This document shows, piece after piece, positions 47,282-56,291 of a stretch of DNA of 64,000 nt (position 1 is its first letter; each line of letters starts with the position of its first letter). Below the pieces are notes generated by a model, which searched no databases, was not told the origin of the DNA, and worked only from the letters and a program-made list of their open reading frames with translations. Source of the DNA: a virus (taxonomy: Duplodnaviria; Caudoviricetes); IMG/VR virus record IMGVR_UViG_3300044695_006401; one strand, given 5' to 3'. The position numbers were made by a program, and so were the translations under genes.

Positions 47282-47755
47282 TTATTTTGACATTGATAAT
47301 GCTTTTTTAGCATCTCCAATGTAATTTACAGCATTTCCTGCAGTTGGTGAACTAGGTTGACCTTTAGATTGACAAAAATTTCTAACCATTTTATCTACTA
47401 CACTACCTCTTCCAAAAACATAAGTACTACCACCTTCGAAAACATCCGCAGAACTTCTTGGACTTAATGCCCCTGGATTGGCGCTAGGACCACATGCGGC
47501 ATAAAGAACAATGTTTCCTTTTGTTACAGGAGATCCATTATCTTTGATTCTAACTCCGTTGAATTTAACCTGAGCAGTCACTGTTCCCTTGTAACCTGAA
47601 CCACCAGCGATAGTTGGTTGAGAAAGTACAATAGCGTAATCTTGCATATCACGACTATATCCAGCATCAATAACAGCTGGTGTAGTTTGTTCCTCGATTA
47701 CTCTTTTTACGATATTAACTAAATCGGATTCAGTTAGTCTAACAATTTTTTTCAT
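47282..47755 (-). CDS. protein with conserved KIVRLTESDL...RVIEE leader (putative internal head protein)
   Basis: N-terminus MKKIVRLTESDLVNIVKRVIEEQ; late motif at 47797-47803. Confidence 0.72.
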   Translation of the reverse strand: MKKIVRLTESDLVNIVKRVIEEQTTPAVIDAGYSRDMQDYAIVLSQPTIAGGSGYKGTVTAQVKFNGVRIKDNGSPVTKGNIVLYAACGPSANPGALSPRSSADVFEGGSTYVFGRGSVVDKMVRNFCQSKGQPSSPTAGNAVNYIGDAKKALSMSK

Positions 47756-47830
47756 AATTTTTTTTTATTCTAAGTTAATTTTATTATCTTTACCATATAA
47801 ATATATCACTTTTTCAAAAAAATTAATTTT

Positions 47831-48322
47831 ATGCAAACTTTTCTTCCATATACTGATTTCAGAAAGTCTTTAGAGTCTTTAGACAACAAGCGCTTAGGAA
47901 AACAAAGAGTAGAAGCATATCAAATAATTTCAGCAATAACAGGTCGCACTAGAAAAGATGGTAAACCATATAAGGGTTGGTTAAATCACCCATGTTCTGT
48001 TATGTGGAAAGATTATGTAAACGCGTTAAAACAATACTATAATGATAGTATTGATGTATGGGTTTCTCGTGGATTTAAAAACACAATGGAACACGAACAA
48101 ATTGAAGGTGAGTTTGTTTTACCTCATTGGTTGGGTATGGAAGAATTTCACACTTCACATAGATCAAATCTATTAAGAAAAGATTCTGAGTATTATTCTA
48201 AACATGGGTGGACTGAGGACCCTAACGATCCATATGTATGGATGGATTCTAATGGTGAATGGTACAAACAAATGGTAGGTTCAAAAGAACGAGTATATTT
48301 TAGTGTTGGTGTTCTTGTATAG
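47831..48322 (+). CDS. pyrimidine dimer DNA glycosylase-like protein (DenV/MSMEG_6728-like)
   Basis: MQTFLPY...LDNKRLGKQRVEAYQI...HP...W...SHRSNLLRKD. Confidence 0.8.
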   Translation: MQTFLPYTDFRKSLESLDNKRLGKQRVEAYQIISAITGRTRKDGKPYKGWLNHPCSVMWKDYVNALKQYYNDSIDVWVSRGFKNTMEHEQIEGEFVLPHWLGMEEFHTSHRSNLLRKDSEYYSKHGWTEDPNDPYVWMDSNGEWYKQMVGSKERVYFSVGVLV

Positions 48323-48434
48323 TATATTCTATAATATTACCATAATCCTCTATCCATTGTAAACATTCCTCCTGAGTCTTATCCGAGAGGACAATGTTTT
48401 CTGTTTCTATTTCTATTACATCGTAAGTAATCAT
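48300..48434 (-). CDS. 44-aa acidic protein coupled to the upstream fibre gene (not in ORF track)
   Basis: MITYDVIEIETENIVLSDKTQEECLQWIEDYGNIIEYTIQEHQH*; ATG is 2 nt after the 48437 stop. Confidence 0.55.
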   Translation of the reverse strand: MITYDVIEIETENIVLSDKTQEECLQWIEDYGNIIEYTIQEHQH

Positions 48435-48436
48435 AT

Positions 48437-49318
48437 CTAACTAAATGTTAAAGTTATTGTTTGAGATGGTGCCCCTACCGTACTTTGATTAGTCCCTCCC
48501 CAGTTAGCATTATTAATCATAGGTCTAAGAGCATATGTACTACCCGCGTTACAACTAGCAATGTTTGAGAACTCAACGGCAACCCCACCAATTTTAGGTG
48601 TACCACATCCCGTACCAACTCTCCAAGACACACTATTAATAGTTACTGAAGTTATTGTGGCGGTTCTTAACCCATTCGCTAAGGTCTGTACTAAGGTTGG
48701 ATCTGAAACCGTTATTGAATTTCCATTTGTACTTGACCATACAAATTGGGTGTATGTAGTACCAGTTAATTGACTTCTAAATGTATTCCAAGCAGTTTCT
48801 ATTGCGGATGATGGTGCAGTCGCCCCTGTGAATGCTTGTGAGAATGTAACACCACTTTCAGGTATAGGATTAGTTGTTGGGGTTGGAGTTGGTGTTGCAG
48901 TAGGAGTAGCTGTTGGTGGTATTGGTGTTGCCGTTGGTGTAGGTGTTGCTGTAGGGGCAACAAAATTCCAAGAACTCCAATACCCATTACCACTTAACCA
49001 TAGATATGCTTCGTTTCCTGTGTTAAATGTTTGTCCTGAAGAAATAAGTTCCGACAACTCAATAAAGTCATTTTCTAAAAAACCATCAGTTCTAAAAAAA
49101 CCAACTGAAGCAGTTTGACCCGATACATTAGTAGGTTGGCTGTTATCAGGTACTGATTGGGCAACAACATAACCAAGATCTTCATCAGGTCCATTCCACC
49201 AAACTGGTGGACCTGAAAACCCCGAAAATGGGGTACCAACGCATAGATCACCAATTTGTGTTGTTCCTGAAATAGAAACTCTTGATGGGTTATATGCAAA
49301 TGGTCTTAGTGTTGGCAT
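48437..49318 (-). CDS. putative fibre/virion protein with a Pro-Thr linker
   Basis: The start MPTLRPFAYN at 49318 overlaps the upstream TAA (TAATG); PTATPTPT linker; seven [ST]GxT/S motifs. Confidence 0.7.
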   Translation of the reverse strand: MPTLRPFAYNPSRVSISGTTQIGDLCVGTPFSGFSGPPVWWNGPDEDLGYVVAQSVPDNSQPTNVSGQTASVGFFRTDGFLENDFIELSELISSGQTFNTGNEAYLWLSGNGYWSSWNFVAPTATPTPTATPIPPTATPTATPTPTPTTNPIPESGVTFSQAFTGATAPSSAIETAWNTFRSQLTGTTYTQFVWSSTNGNSITVSDPTLVQTLANGLRTATITSVTINSVSWRVGTGCGTPKIGGVAVEFSNIASCNAGSTYALRPMINNANWGGTNQSTVGAPSQTITLTFS

Positions 49319-49584
49319 TAGATAGTTGGCATCGGTGATGTCCATTCAGGAGTTGATAGAATCACCAAAATTTCATCATATGTGTATGGACCTTCTTTTG
49401 TTGTTAAGTTGTTAACACAAGATGGTATCGTACCGTCCCATTTAACAAATGTTTTTGTTTCATTGACTGATTTTCTCACAGTTTCTGCAGATGTTTCTAA
49501 TACGGTTGAGAAGTCGATTTGACCTAACTCACTCACATTAAAAATCATAAATCTTCTGTTGTCGTATTCTTCTAAAGTTGCCAT
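49318..49584 (-). CDS. small protein of the type found beside phage lectin/fibre genes
   Basis: IFNVSEL..IDFS.VLETSAETVRKS..ETKTFVKW...EGPYTYDEIL..L.TPEW. Confidence 0.7.
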   Translation of the reverse strand: MATLEEYDNRRFMIFNVSELGQIDFSTVLETSAETVRKSVNETKTFVKWDGTIPSCVNNLTTKEGPYTYDEILVILSTPEWTSPMPTI

Positions 49585-49600
49585 ATCTTTTTATTTATAA

Positions 49601-50566
49601 TTATAATCCAAATCTCGATTTTTGTGCGTTAAAGTTTTGTAATATTTCAGCATCGCTTAATACCCTATTATATACTTGAGCAATTGCAATTCTACCTCCA
49701 AAAACATTAGAACCTGTACCATAAGCACCGACAAGTATTTCACTACCACCATTAAATGTTGATGTACTACTAGAAGTTGACTCAGACGCGCCATTTACAT
49801 ATAATTTCCATCCTGTGGTTGTGTTAAAAGTAACAGCACCAAAATACCAAGTGTTTAAAGATAAAGAAGTCGTACTTACAACGGTTGACCACTGTCCGTT
49901 GTGACCGGCATGTAGTTTATTTGTACCCGCTAACCAAAAAGCATGTTGACCATTATTACCACCACTAATTATGTTATAAAGATAACTGGTTATATAGAAC
50001 CATGAGATTTTTGTATAAGTACTATATGAAAGTATATTAGCATTGGAATTAACTACAACACAATCATTAACACCATCAAATACGATACTACCTCCGTTTG
50101 AGGAGTTAAAAGTGGGCCCATTGGTTAATGTCCCATCATTAACCCCATACGACAAATCATACCATGTGGTTCCTGAAGTGGTGTATGACGGGGTAAATCC
50201 CGCATCCAAGTTCAAAATTAAACCATTAGAACTAATAGCATCATAATCTCTATTAACACAAACATAATTTGTTTGCGTTGCATACCAATTTAAACATTGC
50301 GTAGCGGTATTAAAATTTTGACCTGAAACTCCATTTGTATATGCGATAAGTGCAGCATCGTTATTTGCAGAATGAAAACTCAACCTAGATACCTGACTTG
50401 CATTATATGAATATATTGTGTAACCACCGGCAGAAGGAGTAACCCCATTATAATATGTTGTTGCACTTGAAGGTCCTTTTCCAACATCACCAACACCAAA
50501 GAATATATTACCCTTCTTTAATGAGAGTGTATCACCTGTGGTTGAATATTTAATTGCGTTTGGCAT
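49601..50566 (-). CDS. ConA/LamG-like lectin-domain virion protein
   Basis: LNLDAG...SGTTWYDLS...GTLTNGPTF...FDGVND...WYFGAVTF...LYVNG...G.IAIAQVYNRVLSDAEILQNFNA; late motif at 50582-50588. Confidence 0.85.
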   Translation of the reverse strand: MPNAIKYSTTGDTLSLKKGNIFFGVGDVGKGPSSATTYYNGVTPSAGGYTIYSYNASQVSRLSFHSANNDAALIAYTNGVSGQNFNTATQCLNWYATQTNYVCVNRDYDAISSNGLILNLDAGFTPSYTTSGTTWYDLSYGVNDGTLTNGPTFNSSNGGSIVFDGVNDCVVVNSNANILSYSTYTKISWFYITSYLYNIISGGNNGQHAFWLAGTNKLHAGHNGQWSTVVSTTSLSLNTWYFGAVTFNTTTGWKLYVNGASESTSSSTSTFNGGSEILVGAYGTGSNVFGGRIAIAQVYNRVLSDAEILQNFNAQKSRFGL

Positions 50567-50592
50567 CTAATCTTTTATTAGATAAATACCAA

Positions 50593-51522
50593 CTAAATCA
50601 ATTCTATTACCTTATTATAAACTTGAATTACCGATGGGTGACATTCAAAAGTTTCTTTTCTTTCTAAACAACCCACTAAAGATGGGACCCCTTGTATTGT
50701 ACCCCATTCTCTAACCCCGTATTTAACATCCGACGCACAATTTAATCCACAACCACCTCTAACATAATGATATTTATATTCTTGGGATCCGTGTCTGTAT
50801 GGTGATCTAAATTCAGGATTTATTGAACTTCCTAATTGTAATATTTCGCAATCTGTAGTCCCTGCCAAATGTAAAAGACCTGAATCCATTGTTACAAAAC
50901 AAGAACAGTTATTTAATAAATGCCAAGTCTGATCTAAACTTGTTTGATTCATCAAGTTATAACCAATTTTAATTGGGAAATTAAAAATAGGTTTGTCAAC
51001 ATTTGAACCACCTAATTCAGAAGAATCTTTACCTACGGAAATAACATAAATTCCTTTTTCATTTAATAACTGAGTTAACATTTGCCAATTTTTTGCAGTC
51101 CAAGTTCTCGAATCCCAATTTTGTACAGGATGGATTAAAACATATTTTTTTGGTAAATCAGGGAGGATAACATCTCTTGGGAAATAATCTAAAGTCATTT
51201 CATCTTTATTTAACATAAACCCTAAAGAGATCGCATGAAACTGTCTTATATCCATGGCATTATGTTTATTACATATACCATCAGATTTATATGAAATATC
51301 AAATGTATTAATTACATGGTACATTTCTTTTAATTGATCCTGATTTGTAGAACCATCAAAAATATTTTCCACATATGGATTTGATTGAAATAACTCAGGT
51401 ATGTTAGTTATTATAGATATTTTTTTACCATAAGAATTATATAGTTTTTTAATTGTTGGTGTCGAGCATAGTGTGTCCCCTAATGCTCTACAACCAGTTA
51501 TATCTAAACATATTTCTTTCAC
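50593..51522 (-). CDS. GT9-like (heptosyltransferase-fold) glycosyltransferase
   Basis: RALGDTL, YVLIHP, FVTMDSGLLHLAG, C-terminal Cys cluster. Confidence 0.78.
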   Translation of the reverse strand: MKEICLDITGCRALGDTLCSTPTIKKLYNSYGKKISIITNIPELFQSNPYVENIFDGSTNQDQLKEMYHVINTFDISYKSDGICNKHNAMDIRQFHAISLGFMLNKDEMTLDYFPRDVILPDLPKKYVLIHPVQNWDSRTWTAKNWQMLTQLLNEKGIYVISVGKDSSELGGSNVDKPIFNFPIKIGYNLMNQTSLDQTWHLLNNCSCFVTMDSGLLHLAGTTDCEILQLGSSINPEFRSPYRHGSQEYKYHYVRGGCGLNCASDVKYGVREWGTIQGVPSLVGCLERKETFECHPSVIQVYNKVIELI

Positions 51523-51574
51523 ATTATAAGAATAAGATACTTCACAATTAAAATCTATATTTTATTTTTTTACT

Positions 51575-54511
51575 ATGGAAAAAATTACACTTCTTTATTT
51601 AACTCCCCACCTTTCAACAGGAGGGATGCCACAGTTTGTACTCAAAAGAATCGAGTCTCTTAAAAAACATTCAGATAAAATTGAAATAGTAGTTGTTGAA
51701 TATTCACAATTTAGTGACACATATGTTGTACAAAGAAACAAAATCATAAATCTAATTGGTCAACACAACTTTTATAGTTTAGGTGATACTACAGATACAC
51801 AAAAAAAGTATGATTTAATAAAAATCATAAAAGATAGAAATATTGATATTGTTCACGCAGAAGAGATACCTGAGGCGTTCGAAAGTTTTAATAGGATACC
51901 TATAGATCTTTTGAATAAACTTTATGATAATTTTAGAACTTGGAAAATTGTTGAGACATGTCACAATGTTTGGTTTGATGCAAATAACAAAAAGAAACTA
52001 CATCCTGATTATTATTGTTTAGTTACGCCGTATCATGAAAAAGTATCGTTTAATCAAACGATATCACCAAAAAAACTTTTAATGTTCCCATACGAAGATA
52101 AAGTAAAACCAATTTTAGAGGAACTTGAAATATATTATGAAGATCACAGAATTCCACTATTAAAAAAAATGACCGAAAGAACTAATTTGGGAATCGACCC
52201 AACGAAGACACATATTTTAAATGTTGGTCTTTGGACGGAAGGTAAAAATCAAAAAGAGGGTATTGAGGTGGCAAGACTTTTACAGGATTCACACCCAAAC
52301 TTACATTTCCATTTTGTTGGAAATCAAGCACCTAACTTCGAAAACTATTGGGGTCCTATCATGAATAATTTACCCAAAAATGTTACAGTTTGGGGAGAAA
52401 GAAATGATGTGGACTCATTTATGATGTCTTGTGATGTTCTCATGTTTAATTCGACATGGGAATGTAATCCACTTGTAGTAAGAGAAGCGGTCAACTATGG
52501 AATGAAAATTTTAACAAGAAATTTACCACAATACATGGGAATGTTTGATAACTACATTACTAGTATTGCAAATGAAGACACATTTGAAAGTATTTCCGAA
52601 AAATTAGTTTCAGTCATTAATTCAGAAAGTTCTTATAAAATTGAAAGTGGTTATGATTTTGGTGATGAGTTAATGTCATTTTATACTGAAGTTAAAAACA
52701 CACCACATATGGGGAATCAACCAATAAAAAATGATTATACGGTTAACCAACATTTTGTTGTAAATCCATACATTGAAATTTTAGGTGATTCAACAAATGA
52801 CATGGAAATATCGGTTTATGATAATCAAAATAATGAGTTGGTGTACACAAACAAATTACCAATAAAACATTGGGTAAAATTAAATCGTGAATATTTCACA
52901 GAATGGAGAACCGAAATAAAAGAAAATGGTGAAACATTTTATTTTGATATTTTGAGTTTAAAAAATAGAAGAGTTTATATTTCATTTGGGTCCAAATCTT
53001 TGGGTGACACAATGGCTTGGATCCCTTATTGCGAAGAGTTCAGAAAAAAACATAATTGCCATTTGATTGCATCAACATTTATGAATGAGCTATTTGTTGA
53101 TCAGTATTCCGAAATAGAATTTGTAAAACCTGGTGATTCAGTTAATAACATCTATGCACAATATAGATTAGGTTGGTTCTATAATGAAGATGGGACCTTC
53201 AATTCAAATGTACATAAAAATGATATTCGAAGACAGCCACTTCAAAAAACAGCAACAGATATATTGGGGTTAGATTATATTGAAATCAGACCAAACCTTA
53301 ATCTACCAAAAGTTGAAAAAAGAAAAAAGGTTGGTATAGGATTTCATTCCACGGCACAATCAAAGTATTGGAACAACCCGAATGGATGGCAAGAAGTTGT
53401 AGATTATTTAAATAATTTGGGGTATGAGTGTATGATATACTCAAGAGAAGGTGATGGTTACATGGGTAATAATTACCCAAAAGGCGTAACAATCTATAAA
53501 GGTGGAAACTTACAAGAAGTGATTAATGATTTATCTACATGTGAGTTTTTTATAGGTTTAGGTTCAGGATTAAGTTGGTTGGCTTGGGCTTGTGAATTAC
53601 CTGTGGTTTTAATCTCAGGGTTTAGTGAAAAATGGGCGGAAACAACTTTAGATACTTACAGAGTTATTAACGAAAATGTTTGTCATGGATGTTTTAATTC
53701 AGAAAGATTAGATGCGGGTGATTGGAACTGGTGTCCGTTACATAAAAATACAGACAGAATGTTTGAGTGTACCAAAAGAATAAGCTCCGATATGGTAGTA
53801 AAAGAAATAAATAAAATAATAAATAAAGAAGTGGTTGAAGAAAGAAAAAATAAATTAGAAGGATTTGATTGGGGTGGAAAAGATAATTGGTATGTTGACG
53901 CAACAATTGAAGAAATGGGTTATGGTAATATGTACGATAGATTTTTTACGGTTGAGGAAAATGATGTTGTTGTAGACTTAGGGGGGTCTTTAGGTCCGTT
54001 CACATATTCAATTCTCCCTAATAACCCAAAACAGTGTTATGTTGTTGAACCCCTAAATTCTCAAGTTGAGGTTATCAAAAAAAATCTTAATAAACCTAAT
54101 GTAAAAATTATTAGAGGTGCAATTACAGATAAAAAACATCTAACAATCACTTGGGACGATGTTTCTGAAAATGTACCAACATTTACATTTAAAGAGTTCT
54201 TAGAGGAAAATAATATAAACCATATTGATTTCTTAAAATGTGATTGTGAGGGAGGGGAATACGATGTATTTCAACCAAGTAATATTGAGTTTTTAAAAAC
54301 CATACCAAAAATTGTAACTGAATTCCATATGAGGGTTAATGAGAATTTTCATAACTGTAAGTTCAGATGGTTTAGAGATAATATACTACCACAATTTAAT
54401 AACTATCAAGTTTTTTCTGTTGATGGTGTTGATATTAAATGGGATTTATGGAATGACCATTTCTTGGATTGGTATTGTGAAGTAATAATTTATATAGACA
54501 ATAGAAACTAA
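51575..54511 (+). CDS. tri-domain protein: GT4-like, Aah/TibC-like protein O-heptosyltransferase, FkbM-like methyltransferase
   Basis: N-terminal STGGMPQ...STWECNPLVVREA; middle SKSLGDTMAW...GLGSGLSWLAWA...VCHGCFN...WCPLH...FEC; C-terminal VVDLGG...IDFLKCDCEGGE. Confidence 0.8.
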   Translation: MEKITLLYLTPHLSTGGMPQFVLKRIESLKKHSDKIEIVVVEYSQFSDTYVVQRNKIINLIGQHNFYSLGDTTDTQKKYDLIKIIKDRNIDIVHAEEIPEAFESFNRIPIDLLNKLYDNFRTWKIVETCHNVWFDANNKKKLHPDYYCLVTPYHEKVSFNQTISPKKLLMFPYEDKVKPILEELEIYYEDHRIPLLKKMTERTNLGIDPTKTHILNVGLWTEGKNQKEGIEVARLLQDSHPNLHFHFVGNQAPNFENYWGPIMNNLPKNVTVWGERNDVDSFMMSCDVLMFNSTWECNPLVVREAVNYGMKILTRNLPQYMGMFDNYITSIANEDTFESISEKLVSVINSESSYKIESGYDFGDELMSFYTEVKNTPHMGNQPIKNDYTVNQHFVVNPYIEILGDSTNDMEISVYDNQNNELVYTNKLPIKHWVKLNREYFTEWRTEIKENGETFYFDILSLKNRRVYISFGSKSLGDTMAWIPYCEEFRKKHNCHLIASTFMNELFVDQYSEIEFVKPGDSVNNIYAQYRLGWFYNEDGTFNSNVHKNDIRRQPLQKTATDILGLDYIEIRPNLNLPKVEKRKKVGIGFHSTAQSKYWNNPNGWQEVVDYLNNLGYECMIYSREGDGYMGNNYPKGVTIYKGGNLQEVINDLSTCEFFIGLGSGLSWLAWACELPVVLISGFSEKWAETTLDTYRVINENVCHGCFNSERLDAGDWNWCPLHKNTDRMFECTKRISSDMVVKEINKIINKEVVEERKNKLEGFDWGGKDNWYVDATIEEMGYGNMYDRFFTVEENDVVVDLGGSLGPFTYSILPNNPKQCYVVEPLNSQVEVIKKNLNKPNVKIIRGAITDKKHLTITWDDVSENVPTFTFKEFLEENNINHIDFLKCDCEGGEYDVFQPSNIEFLKTIPKIVTEFHMRVNENFHNCKFRWFRDNILPQFNNYQVFSVDGVDIKWDLWNDHFLDWYCEVIIYIDNRN

Positions 54512-55098
54512 TGGAATTTAAGGAAAACAAAATAGACCCGCAAAATTATTATTGGTATCAAAATGGGTTTAGTAAGGAAGAATTAATCAAAGTACATGAA
54601 GGTGTTTCTAATTTACCATTCAGTGAAGCCACTGTTTTTGGAAATGATAATCCTGAGATAATTAAAAAAATTAGAAGTTCGTCCGTTAAGTGGATACCAA
54701 AAACAGATGAGTGGATGTGGTTATATGAAAAACTACTCGACATGGCGAGCACCGCAAACAGAGAGGTTTGGAAGTTTAATCTGATATCAGCTCCCGAGTT
54801 AATTCAGTATACCGAATATTATGACACCGCAGGTGGTCATTATGATTGGCATCAAGATATTGGGCCCGGTATCGGATCAAGTAGAAAGGTTTCTTTGACC
54901 GTTCAACTTTCAGATCCAAGTGAGTATGATGGTGGAGATTTACAGTTATGGAGAGGTGGTGACGATGTTGTTAACGCCGAAAAAGGTGCTGGAGTTGTTT
55001 TTATTTTTCCAAGTTACATGATGCATAGAGTAACCCAAGTGACCAAAGGTACTAGAAGAAGTTTTGTGTTATGGGTTGGTGGTGACCACTATAGATAA
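54511..55098 (+). CDS. 2OG-Fe(II) oxygenase (prolyl-4-hydroxylase/PKHD-like)
   Basis: HYDWHQD (HxD), RKVSLTVQL, YDGGDL, HRVTQVTKGTRRS. Confidence 0.88.
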   Translation: MEFKENKIDPQNYYWYQNGFSKEELIKVHEGVSNLPFSEATVFGNDNPEIIKKIRSSSVKWIPKTDEWMWLYEKLLDMASTANREVWKFNLISAPELIQYTEYYDTAGGHYDWHQDIGPGIGSSRKVSLTVQLSDPSEYDGGDLQLWRGGDDVVNAEKGAGVVFIFPSYMMHRVTQVTKGTRRSFVLWVGGDHYR

Positions 55099-56291
55099 GA
55101 TGAAATTTCTTTTGATTTAAGTATATTGTCCTCTATTGAACAATATGTCCACTCACCGTACCTACCTATTGAAAATATATTTTTTGGGTTGTGTTTTTCA
55201 CACCATCGATTGTAAGTATTTTTTGAGTCATTAGTTATATGCACATATGCGGGGTTCATGATTAGAAATTGGTGGTCGACAAGTTTATGATCGGATATGA
55301 CATTTGTCTTCCTTAAATCATTAAGTACGGTGTCAAGTAAATCAATCTCGTCAACTAAATCATCTTTTTCCAAACCAATCTCAACATACAAACTCAATTT
55401 TTCCTGACCTAAAATATTGTTATAGAAACCAACCCTATAAAAAACCTCTTCATTTGGGTAATATCTCCAATGAGTTTTTATGTCAGAACCTTTATCAAAA
55501 CCTAAATTAAAAACCGCAACTTTATTGGCCGATAAATTATATCTTTGTTTTGTTAAATCTAATAATTTATTTAATGGTAGAGTACTAACTAATTTGTTGA
55601 ATCTTATGTCTCCGATATTTGTTCTAACAATTTTATTAGATAAGTCTATATCTATAACATTAGTATTTAATTGTATTTTACTTTGATCAACCCTCTTTAA
55701 TATAGATTTGATGTATTCATAACTACCATTTATTGGATAAATAAATGTGTCATTGTAACTTATATTAATATTTTCTTGTGGTGGTTTTGGAAAAAATCTA
55801 CCCATGGAATCAAACTCGAGTTGGTTAAGATCACAAGCATATAATTTTTCATTGTAGGGTATAATAAACTTATCACAAATACCATTCCCTAAAGTTGTTC
55901 TAACATAATTCTTAAATGTAGATCTATCTTCAGGTCCACAATTTTTAAGGTCAGTTAGGCACTCGTCATATTCTTCTTTATTAAGTTGGGATATGTTGTG
56001 TTGGAAAGGAAAATTAATAATCTTACCTTGATAATCAATGTCGGTTATTTTATTAACCTCTAACAATTCACAATCAATTTCAGATAAAACATAGTTTTTA
56101 ATTTCTTCATTTCTAAAATGAAAAAAATGTCCCGAATAATCCCATACATAATCACCTCTGATTGTTGTTTTACAATAACCACCTAACTCATTATCTTTCT
56201 CTATGATTAGATAATCTTTCCCATTTAAAAAAGACGCTAAGGATAAACCAGTCACACCACCACCAATAATAAGAATATCAGTTTGTTTCAT
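55089..56291 (-). CDS. FAD-dependent oxidoreductase, UDP-galactopyranose mutase/PPOX-like
   Basis: IIGGGVTGLS, ELGGYCKT, DYSGHFFH, GRYGEWTY. Confidence 0.72.
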   Translation of the reverse strand: MKQTDILIIGGGVTGLSLASFLNGKDYLIIEKDNELGGYCKTTIRGDYVWDYSGHFFHFRNEEIKNYVLSEIDCELLEVNKITDIDYQGKIINFPFQHNISQLNKEEYDECLTDLKNCGPEDRSTFKNYVRTTLGNGICDKFIIPYNEKLYACDLNQLEFDSMGRFFPKPPQENINISYNDTFIYPINGSYEYIKSILKRVDQSKIQLNTNVIDIDLSNKIVRTNIGDIRFNKLVSTLPLNKLLDLTKQRYNLSANKVAVFNLGFDKGSDIKTHWRYYPNEEVFYRVGFYNNILGQEKLSLYVEIGLEKDDLVDEIDLLDTVLNDLRKTNVISDHKLVDHQFLIMNPAYVHITNDSKNTYNRWCEKHNPKNIFSIGRYGEWTYCSIEDNILKSKEISSYL

